A DNA stretch of 14,471 nucleotides from Nitrospinota bacterium (lineage in GTDB: Bacteria > Nitrospinota > Nitrospinia > Nitrospinales > VA-1), in NCBI GenBank assembly GCA_038108555.1, contig JAYNIA010000059.1, forward strand, positions 1 through 14,471. Reading direction: 5' to 3'. Positions 8,301 through 14,471 of the stretch are shown here, piece after piece. The position numbers were made by a program, and so were the translations under genes. Each line of letters starts with the position of its first letter. Position 1 is the stretch's first letter. The notes under the pieces are model-generated. The model saw nothing but the letters and a program-made list of their open reading frames with translations. It was not told the origin of the DNA and did no database searches.

Positions 8301-8414
8301 AAATCCCCCCAACCCCCTTCGTAGAAGGGGGTGCTTTAATGGACCCCTCTTTTGTAAAGTACCCTTTCAGGGCATGAAATTTGAGGGAGAAGTATTACGG
8401 AAGGGAGGGGATTT
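8301..8414. repeat. REP-like inverted doublet (C-rich hairpin family), right arm interrupted
   Basis: Terminal inverted repeat AAATCCCC/GGGGATTT. Left arm hairpin ACCCCCTTC-GTA-GAAGGGGGT. After removing 8360-8398 the right arm reads AAATCCCCTCCCTTCCCTTT-ACA-AAAGAGGGG on the minus strand and aligns with the left arm. Confidence 0.75.
8360..8398 (-). mobile_element. Miniature hairpin-ended dispersed element, copy 2 (39 bp)
   Basis: Minus strand GTAATACTTCTCCCTCAAATTTCATGCCCTGAAAGGGTA. The last 23 nt match copy 1 at 21/23, and the two differences are a compensatory base pair. Confidence 0.7.
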
Positions 8415-8440
8415 CAATTTCTTTTCATCAACTTTCTACT

Positions 8441-8569
8441 GTCATTGCGAGCGTAGCCGTGATATTTGACCGATAGCTTCGTGCCCGGCACGGGTAGTGG
8501 CAATCCAGCGTCTCTTTTTTAAATCTTAAATTCTGGATCGCCACGTCGCCATTGGCTCCTCGCGATGAC
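8441..8569. repeat. Palindromic REP/RPE-like element (GTCATTGCGAG...GTGGCAATC family), left arm interrupted
   Basis: Outer IR GTCATTGCGAG (8441-8451) / CTCGCGATGAC (8559-8569) 10/11; inner IR GTGGCAATCCAG (8497-8508) / CTGGATCGCCAC (8533-8544) 11/12; AT-rich spacer. Confidence 0.8.
8459..8496 (+). mobile_element. Miniature hairpin-ended dispersed element, copy 3 (38 bp; may include C8458)
   Basis: GTGATATTTGACCGATAGCTTCGTGCCCGGCACGGGTA. The first 7 nt are identical to copy 1 and the last 19 match at 17/19. Removing 8458-8496 restores GCGAGCGTAGC-GTGGCAATCC. Confidence 0.7.
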
Positions 8570-8602
8570 GATATTTTCCGGAATTTAGCATGCTGGTGGT
8601 TT

Positions 8603-8908
8603 CTAAAATAGCGGGTCAATTTTCTGTGCCATTTGTACATCGGCAAGGGTGACGCCGCTGACCGTATGTGTCCAGTATCTTACTGAAATCCGTTTGTAGT
8701 TTATGATGATATCGGGATGGTGATTATTGTCTTCCGCGGCCTGGGCTACCTTTTCTACAAAGGCAATTCCTTCCATGAATTTTGAAGCGTGGTGCACCCG
8801 CTCGATATAGGGCACGCCTTTTTCGTTTTTCCCGGTTTTCCATTCCGGCGCCATCTCTTTCAACTTTTCTTCCAGTTCCTGTTCGGTCAAAGCCGTTTTT
8901 TCTACCAT
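8603..8908 (-). CDS. phhB: Pterin-4-alpha-carbinolamine dehydratase
   Basis: F..GIAFV.KVA..AE..NHHPDI, WTH..SGVT..D...A..ID pattern; GGAG SD. Confidence 0.9.
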   Translation of the reverse strand: MVEKTALTEQELEEKLKEMAPEWKTGKNEKGVPYIERVHHASKFMEGIAFVEKVAQAAEDNNHHPDIIINYKRISVRYWTHTVSGVTLADVQMAQKIDPLF

Positions 8909-8951
8909 TTAAAATCTCCAGATCAACGTGCGACAAAGCGCAACGGTAAAT

Positions 8952-9197
8952 TTAAATCAGTTTTTCCAGTTTTTTTCGTAGCGTTTTTTCATGCACTTTA
9001 TAAACAAAGCTTTCTTCCCCATTGAGACGTACAACGGGAATTCTTTCTTTATAAGATTCAAAAAGGCTGGGATCGGATTCAATATCCGTCATTTTCAGAT
9101 ATGCCGGGAAATCGGGTAAGACCCTTTCAACAATTTCCTTGGCATCGTCACAAAGAGAACAATCTTTTTTCGTTAGGATTTCGATTTCTATATTCAC
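8952..9197 (-). CDS. Glutaredoxin-like protein (DUF836-type)
   Basis: CSLC motif, DIESDP.L...Y...IPVV cis-Pro loop. Start uncertain (GTG 9197 with GAGGGGG upstream, or TTG 9215). Confidence 0.82.
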   Translation of the reverse strand: MNIEIEILTKKDCSLCDDAKEIVERVLPDFPAYLKMTDIESDPSLFESYKERIPVVRLNGEESFVYKVHEKTLRKKLEKLI

Positions 9198-9203
9198 TAA
9201 AAT

Positions 9204-9233
9204 AAACCCCCTCAATCCCCCTTATCAGGGGGA
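9204..9233. repeat. Single arm of the C-rich REP-like hairpin family
   Basis: AAACCCCCTCAA-TCCCCCT-TATC-AGGGGGA, same layout as 8301-8331. Confidence 0.65.
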
Positions 9234-9339
9234 GGAATAAAAACCAAAAAAAGGTTGGTTACTTAAAACTTATTTCCAGAAGCTTTTACATGTGTCTTGG
9301 TAAAAATGTTTTGACCTAATCCCATCGGGCGAGGCCCGA

Positions 9340-10353
9340 TTACATGGAGTGGGTCATGGTGGTTACCGATCCCCAGATGATGAGAGCCGTGAAAAGGGTG
9401 ATGAACCCAATTAGAATCGCCATGGCTAAGGGACGTTTTTTCCAATACCGTTCTTTGCTTTGGTCGACGATAGGAATGGCTGCTAAAAATCCAATGATGA
9501 TAGGAGGAGCAACGATTAGAGATGGCACCCACAGGTTTTCCAAAGCGTATATCCAGACAAACTGCCAGGGCGGTTTGGTGACTTCAAGTCCCAACACCGG
9601 TTCCTCTCCAAGCGGAGGCGCAATGGTGAGAGCCAATGCACAGATTAAAAGAAATATTCCGGCCCCGGCTCTTCGGAGATAGGCCATATGCTGAGTGAAC
9701 GGAATATTTTTAGCCGGTTCCCTGGCATCGGGTAATTGCGAAAGTTTGTGGTACTTCACGTAGAACAAATGCAATCCCACCATGATTAAAACTATGATGG
9801 GTAGTAGGGATATATGGGCCATGTAGATTCGACTTAAAAGAGGAACCCCTTCAGCAAATGCTTCCGTGAGGGGCAGGCCAAATACACCCAATTGATCCGC
9901 CACATAAAGGAAATGGGCCAGAGCCTCATAAGCTTCCTGATCCCATTTAAGAACGGTGCCAGTGAACAGCAGGGTGACCATCAACACCATCAATCCAATG
10001 CCGATGAGCCAATTGATCTCTCTTGGGTTCTTGTAGGATGCGGTGAAGAAAACACGAATAGCGTGCAGTGTCATGGTAACGGTCAGTACCTCTGCAGCCC
10101 AGAAGTGGATACCGCGGAGAAACCAGCCCAGGTAAACCTGATCTGTCAAATAATGCAGGCTGCGGTTAGCGCGCTCAGGATCGGGGATGAAAAACTGTGC
10201 CAGAAGGATGCCGCTGATTACCAGGACCCCAAAGGCGGATAGGGTCATCCCCCCGAGGGAATACTTTATGGAGTTGGCGTGTTCTGGAATATCGTATTCA
10301 AGAAGGTGTATGCCCAGCCGGTCTTCCAAAATTTTTGTAAGTCCGTTGGCCAT
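9340..10353 (-). CDS. Divergent cytochrome b (b6-like N-terminal domain fused to subunit IV-like domain, about 7 TM), no adjacent Rieske or cytochrome c gene
   Basis: Heme ligands H83/H97 and H180/H195, [24 protein letters not shown] position reads PPWQ; the heme ci Cys position reads YSLGG. Confidence 0.9.
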   Translation of the reverse strand: MANGLTKILEDRLGIHLLEYDIPEHANSIKYSLGGMTLSAFGVLVISGILLAQFFIPDPERANRSLHYLTDQVYLGWFLRGIHFWAAEVLTVTMTLHAIRVFFTASYKNPREINWLIGIGLMVLMVTLLFTGTVLKWDQEAYEALAHFLYVADQLGVFGLPLTEAFAEGVPLLSRIYMAHISLLPIIVLIMVGLHLFYVKYHKLSQLPDAREPAKNIPFTQHMAYLRRAGAGIFLLICALALTIAPPLGEEPVLGLEVTKPPWQFVWIYALENLWVPSLIVAPPIIIGFLAAIPIVDQSKERYWKKRPLAMAILIGFITLFTALIIWGSVTTMTHSM

Positions 10354-10357
10354 CCGG

Positions 10358-10786
10358 TTATTCTCCCGGTTTGAGGAAGGTCAGTCCCGCAAAAATTATT
10401 CCAGCAAAAAAAGTGATGCCTGCCGCCATGCCGTAACCTTTGGCGGATGTCTCCACGACTTTATGTTTCGCCTTTTCCACCTTCGGCATATTATGGTCGT
10501 CATGGTCATTGTGGCTGCCTTCCATTTTCATGTCGGTATTAGCAACGGGATCAGGGGCAGCAATTTCACCTTCCGTGAACAGGTCACTGGGTGAAAACAA
10601 ATCTGAATCATCATTTCCCAGAGGGTCGGATTCCTTCTTTTCTTGGGCGGCATACATGGGGTCAAGAACGGCAGGTTCTTCCACTGTAGAAACGGGAGCG
10701 GGTTCCTTTTTTTGACCGCTATGTGCCAACGCATTCGCAGTGATGAAAAAACAGGCAGCCGCCAGCCACAGAGTGATTTTTTTCAT
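10358..10786 (-). CDS. Exported His/Met-rich protein with C-terminal membrane anchor
   Basis: Signal peptide ending ALA followed by His, acidic/Pro low-complexity linker, [16 protein letters not shown]-terminal hydrophobic helix. Gaps of 2 and 4 bp to neighbours. Confidence 0.8.
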   Translation of the reverse strand: MKKITLWLAAACFFITANALAHSGQKKEPAPVSTVEEPAVLDPMYAAQEKKESDPLGNDDSDLFSPSDLFTEGEIAAPDPVANTDMKMEGSHNDHDDHNMPKVEKAKHKVVETSAKGYGMAAGITFFAGIIFAGLTFLKPGE

Positions 10787-10788
10787 AA

Positions 10789-11364
10789 TCAGCTTCCCAT
10801 TATTAACTGGGTAAAAGCTTCCAAAGTTTCATCGTTGGCCCAGTCTCGCGGGCCCACCGCTTTATGTCGAATGAGACCATCCCGGCCCACGATAAAAGTT
10901 TCCGGAACGCCGGTGGTTTTATAAACTTTTTTTGCAACCTTTTCATCCGGGTCCAGCAATACGGGAAAGGTCAGATTGAATTTCTTCATAAAAGGTTCGA
11001 TCAGGGTTTGGTCCTTATCGATACTAATTGTCAGCATTTCGAATCCATGGTCTTTGAACTTCTGGTACAACTTTTCCATTGAAGGCATTTCAACTTCGCA
11101 GGTACCACACCATGTGGCCCAGAAATTTATAAATACGACTTTTCCGCGATAGTCTGAAAGTTTTACTTTCCCACCTGCCAAAGTGGGAAGCTCGAAATCT
11201 GGAGATATAAATGCTTCAGCAGGATATTCCGTTTCAAAGGGTTTGAGCTCAACTTTATTCAGCGATACTACAAACACCGATAAAAGCGCTGCGACCAGAA
11301 AAGTGTATGGGATATAGATGCTGATCGGTTTGTCTTGTACTGCGTTTTCCATAGTTTTTTGCAT
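10789..11364 (-). CDS. TlpA/ResA family membrane-anchored thiol-disulfide oxidoreductase
   Basis: N-terminal TM, PDFEL, LSDYRGKVVFINFWATWCGTCEVEMP, GVPETF. Alternative start at ATG 11352. Confidence 0.92.
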   Translation of the reverse strand: MQKTMENAVQDKPISIYIPYTFLVAALLSVFVVSLNKVELKPFETEYPAEAFISPDFELPTLAGGKVKLSDYRGKVVFINFWATWCGTCEVEMPSMEKLYQKFKDHGFEMLTISIDKDQTLIEPFMKKFNLTFPVLLDPDEKVAKKVYKTTGVPETFIVGRDGLIRHKAVGPRDWANDETLEAFTQLIMGS

Positions 11365-11376
11365 TATCAGATTGAT

Positions 11377-11835
11377 TTAGGCCCGGCGATAAGGTCGATA
11401 GAATTTTTTGTCAACGGCAATAACAATTTCGTCGAGCGTTTTACCCTGATTGTATAATTCATAGGCGTAAAATACTTCATTCAAACAAATATCGCATTTC
11501 GAACCGTGCTTGTTGGTGTAGCAGGTCAATAAAGTTTTATGGTTATGGTTTTTTTTGCAATAGCAGTAACAGAACAGGCTGTCCAAAACCTTGGGGATTT
11601 CTGCAGCTATTCGGTAGGCTTTTGCAACTCTCCCGGTAAAAATTGCATCGGATAAAATCGGACGGGTTTCTATCAAAACGCCTGTTGCCGGAGCCACCGG
11701 CGGAACTTTTACCGAAGATTTTGTTCCGACATAAACCCCTGCAACCACCACGCAGACGAAAATTGCCATCACTATTTTTGAGATGCGATTAATACTTTTC
11801 TTGGAAGTCTTTTTTTCTGGTTTCTTTTTTCCCAT
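11377..11835 (-). CDS. PCYCGC-motif family Cys-rich membrane-anchored protein (here FCYCYC)
   Basis: Basic N-terminus plus one TM; AY..AA..P.VL..LFCYCYC....HNHKTLLTCY...HGSKCDIC pattern. Confidence 0.8.
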   Translation of the reverse strand: MGKKKPEKKTSKKSINRISKIVMAIFVCVVVAGVYVGTKSSVKVPPVAPATGVLIETRPILSDAIFTGRVAKAYRIAAEIPKVLDSLFCYCYCKKNHNHKTLLTCYTNKHGSKCDICLNEVFYAYELYNQGKTLDEIVIAVDKKFYRPYRRA

Positions 11836-11979
11836 ATTCTGCGATTAACCTCGCTATTGAGTCAGTAGTGTATATATCTAATTATATGGACTGACATCAT
11901 TTGTTTCAACTAAAACCCCAGTCATCAGGGTATTGATCTTTTGCTTGAGCGTTGCCCCATTACCTGCGGCGGTTCGCCG

Positions 11980-12657
11980 CTAGCGGATTATTTGGTACCA
12001 CTTCGTTAGAATGCGGGGGGGGAACCTGAGTTCAAAAAGAGTTGCGATGAGGATGTTTCTCAGAGTCGTGAACCAGATCCCCTCTTTATTCCATCTGCGA
12101 GGGGAGGTCAGGACTTTTTCTTTGAGGAGAATCACTGGTCCTGCTTTTCTGAGTCGTTTGAAAAAATCAATATCTTCGCAAATGGGAATCTCAGCAAATC
12201 CATTCATATTCTTGAAGATGGTATTTTTTACAAAGAACGCCTGGTCGCCGTAAGCCATACCAAGGTATTTCGAACGCAAATTTGCAAATTGGTTGATCAG
12301 GCGCAGGCTCCATTTTTCTGAATCTATATGAAGTGAAAAAGCTCCTCCAATTTCTTCAGAGTCTTCCATAGAATTCGATATTTTTTCCAGACTGGCAGGT
12401 TCCATGCGACTGTCCGCATGAAGAAAAAGCAGGATATCTCCTGTGGCGATTTCCGCTCCGGCGTTCATCTGTAGTGCACGGCCGGTAGGCCCTTCGACAA
12501 CGTTTTTAGTGAAGGCGGCAGCTATTTCGAGAGTTTTATCGTTGCTTCCACCATCACTTACTATTATTTCGTGAGGTGCAAGCTGTTGAATATGTTTCAA
12601 GGTCTCAGCCAAACCCCTTTCTTCATTCAGGGTTGGGACAATGATCGAAATTTTCAA
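11980..12657 (-). CDS. Glycosyltransferase family 2, TIGR04283-like
   Basis: ISIIVPTLNEE, DGGSND, GRALQMNAGA, LLFLHADS, YGDQAFF, CED, TSPRRW. TTG start with AGGA 7 nt upstream. Confidence 0.88.
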   Translation of the reverse strand: MKISIIVPTLNEERGLAETLKHIQQLAPHEIIVSDGGSNDKTLEIAAAFTKNVVEGPTGRALQMNAGAEIATGDILLFLHADSRMEPASLEKISNSMEDSEEIGGAFSLHIDSEKWSLRLINQFANLRSKYLGMAYGDQAFFVKNTIFKNMNGFAEIPICEDIDFFKRLRKAGPVILLKEKVLTSPRRWNKEGIWFTTLRNILIATLFELRFPPRILTKWYQIIR

Positions 12658-12870
12658 GGAAAAATCCTATCTATTTTTTAGGGTAATTTTCCTCGATTTT
12701 GACGTTAGGGGGTGAAACCGGCAAAAAATCAAGGTTTGGAATTGGAAATAGAAATATTTTCATTGAAACCACTCCCTCTTGTTCGCACGCATAAATATAT
12801 ATTAGAATGATGGTAAGTTAAACCCGATTACATTGCTTTTCTTTACTCCCCAAAACGGGGCAGGGTGATT

Positions 12871-13656
12871 ATGTTAGCGCATTTTATAGACTCCCGATCT
12901 TTTCAGTGCGGTTATTTTCAAGACCGTGATTCCCTTTTTGAAGAATACCTGCTTGAAGATGTTTCGGAAGTTGAATTCGAATATTTACTGGCACATGGGA
13001 TGAGGCATTTCGGCGATTATTACTTCCGTCCCCGTTGTCATAATTGCTATTTATGTATTCCCATTCGTGTCCGTATAAACGATTTTAAAATGACGCGTAA
13101 CCAGAAGCGCGCATTGGTCTCCTGCAAAGATGTCAAAATGAAGATTGGAGACCCCGTTTACACCGAAGAGAAATTCCGGCTTTACCTGAAACATAAGGAA
13201 AGGTTCAACTCATTGCAAGATGATGTGGAGGATGAACAGAATTTTCGCATGTCGTTTTACGTCAATACTCCGTTTGGGATCGAGTTTGAATATTATCTGG
13301 ATGGAAAGCTGATCGGAGTAGCGCTGGGAGATAAAACCTCCAAATCCTTTTCAGCGATTTATACCTTTTACGAGGTGCCAAACAAACGAATGAGTCTTGG
13401 AACGTACAGCGTATTAAAGCAATTGGAATACGCGAAGCAATATTGTATGAAGTATTTTTATCTCGGCTACTATATTGCCGAGAACGCCTCCTTGAAGTAC
13501 AAAGCCAGTTTTCGTCCCAATGAAGTTTATATGGGAAGGGAATGGCGTCGATTCCGAAACGCAGCCGGAGACTACCTGATTTCCAAAAAACGGTTGCAAT
13601 GGAAAAACTCCGACCTGCTTGTCAAAGCAGCCTCCACCAGCGTCACCCTGGATTAG
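12871..13656 (+). CDS. bpt: Ate/Bpt family aminoacyl-tRNA--protein transferase (annotated as arginyltransferase; Asp/Glu leucyltransferase)
   Basis: CGY, G.RHFG.YYFRP.C..C..C...RV, SAIYTFY, SLGTYSVLKQ, YLGYYI, YKA.FRP.E. Start ATG 12871 or GTG 12865. Confidence 0.88.
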   Translation: MLAHFIDSRSFQCGYFQDRDSLFEEYLLEDVSEVEFEYLLAHGMRHFGDYYFRPRCHNCYLCIPIRVRINDFKMTRNQKRALVSCKDVKMKIGDPVYTEEKFRLYLKHKERFNSLQDDVEDEQNFRMSFYVNTPFGIEFEYYLDGKLIGVALGDKTSKSFSAIYTFYEVPNKRMSLGTYSVLKQLEYAKQYCMKYFYLGYYIAENASLKYKASFRPNEVYMGREWRRFRNAAGDYLISKKRLQWKNSDLLVKAASTSVTLD

Positions 13657-13757
13657 CCAAGAACCAATTATATTTAGAAAAACTGGAATAAATTGTCTCT
13701 AGAAGCAGAAGTATGATTGTTTCGCTGAAAAAAGAATAGACCTATTGCCCGTCCTCG

Positions 13758-13889
13758 CTAGAGGACACCGGTGTATACGAGGATCATCCAGATAACCAGG
13801 ATGACGTTAAAGATCACCCCAACGTGAAAAAACACGTTGAAGAATTTGGTGTGGCTGTATTCATAATCGTCGTTTTTTTCTTCAGTCAT
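13758..13889 (-). CDS. Small (43 aa) single-pass membrane protein, below ORF-track cutoff
   Basis: Hand translation MTEEKNDDYEYSHTKFFNVFFHVGVIFNVILVIWMILVYTGVL*. Starts 6 nt after the LRR gene stop; charged N-terminus and hydrophobic C-terminus. Confidence 0.65.
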   Translation of the reverse strand: MTEEKNDDYEYSHTKFFNVFFHVGVIFNVILVIWMILVYTGVL

Positions 13890-13895
13890 AATCGG

Positions 13896-14471
13896 TCAGT
13901 CCATTACCAGGGTGGTGAGTCGTTTGGCCAGCTCGGACCCTCGAATTATTTTTCTTACAGGACGCTCTATATAATTAAGACTCATATAAAGGCGGTCTAG
14001 ATTCAAAAAAATTTGAGATTCAGCAATGGCCTGTCCTCCTTCATCCCTTATTTCATTTCGCCAGATACTCAACGCTGTCAGGTTTTTCAGGTGCGGTGAG
14101 TTGGCCAGCGCAATGGCTCCAGTATTCCCCATTTTGTTGGAACATAAATATAGTTTTTCAATCTCTGCCAGGTGTTTGCTTCCCGCAAGCGCAACAATTC
14201 CATCATCTCCAATTCCCGTGCTGTCGAGGTGCAGCGCTTTCAGGCTGGGCCATTTTCCGGCGGCCGCAATGGCGCGTGCACCCTCAGGGCCGATGGGATT
14301 CGAATCCAGAAAAATGATTTCCATATTTTTCAGGTTTTCTGATTCTGCCAGGGCAGCAGCGCCAGCGGACCCAATATTATTTGCTTCCAGCATGAGGCAT
14401 TTCAGGTTTTTCAACAGGTCGGCTTTTGCCAGAGACTTCGCCTCTTCATCGCCGATGATATTGTGGTTGAG
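13896..14471 (-). CDS. Leucine-rich repeat protein (28-residue RI-like repeats), 5' end outside window
   Basis: Frame stays open upstream of 14414 (LNHNIIGDEEAKSLAKADL-). Repeats L..L.L..N.IG..GA.ALA.S..L.N with a 28-aa period. Confidence 0.9.
   Translation of the reverse strand, partial: LNHNIIGDEEAKSLAKADLLKNLKCLMLEANNIGSAGAAALAESENLKNMEIIFLDSNPIGPEGARAIAAAGKWPSLKALHLDSTGIGDDGIVALAGSKHLAEIEKLYLCSNKMGNTGAIALANSPHLKNLTALSIWRNEIRDEGGQAIAESQIFLNLDRLYMSLNYIERPVRKIIRGSELAKRLTTLVMD

Noticed and set aside
8428..8646. 72-aa minus-strand ORF
   Set aside because: It overlaps phhB and runs through palindromic repeats; no protein-like features.
9340..11835. Canonical bc1/b6f (pet/qcr) or cytochrome c maturation operon
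   Set aside because: No Rieske motif, no CxxCH protein, PEWY is lost, and no ResB/ResC or Ccm genes are present.
2011..14317. Numerous antisense or alternate-frame ORFs in the track (e.g. 2011-2367, 2952-3458, 3836-4468, 5130-6935 plus strand, 6959-7405, 9263-9682, 9892-11082 plus strand, 14096-14317)
   Set aside because: They overlap well-supported genes and show no recognisable motifs.

Overview
A 14.5-kb bacterial chromosomal window of moderate GC that is mostly core genes. The gene style suggests a Nitrospina-like Gram-negative bacterium, but this is only an impression. Left to right: the 5' part of a secreted Ala-rich 21-aa-repeat protein (minus strand, missed by the ORF track); a duplicated tRNA-Glu 3' end; tRNA-Glu(CUC); a 4-TM hypothetical gene; tRNA-Gln(CUG); rsmD-mnmA-suhB plus an M48 peptidase lipoprotein; divergent speA and lysA; a cluster of palindromic repeats; phhB; a glutaredoxin-like gene; a tight four-gene operon (PCYCGC-like Cys-rich protein, TlpA thioredoxin, His/Met-rich anchored protein, divergent Rieske-less cytochrome b); a TIGR04283-like GT2; bpt/ate; an unannotated 43-aa membrane protein; and a partial LRR protein. 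Two things stand out. (1) A 38-40 bp element, GTRATAY...TTCRTGCCCK-GNA-MGGGTA, occurs three times with compensatory hairpin changes, each time interrupting or abutting another hairpin-forming sequence (two different REP-like repeats and the tRNA fragment). (2) The orphan cytochrome b operon looks like an uncharacterised envelope thiol/metal redox module. No database searches were possible, so novelty is unverified.
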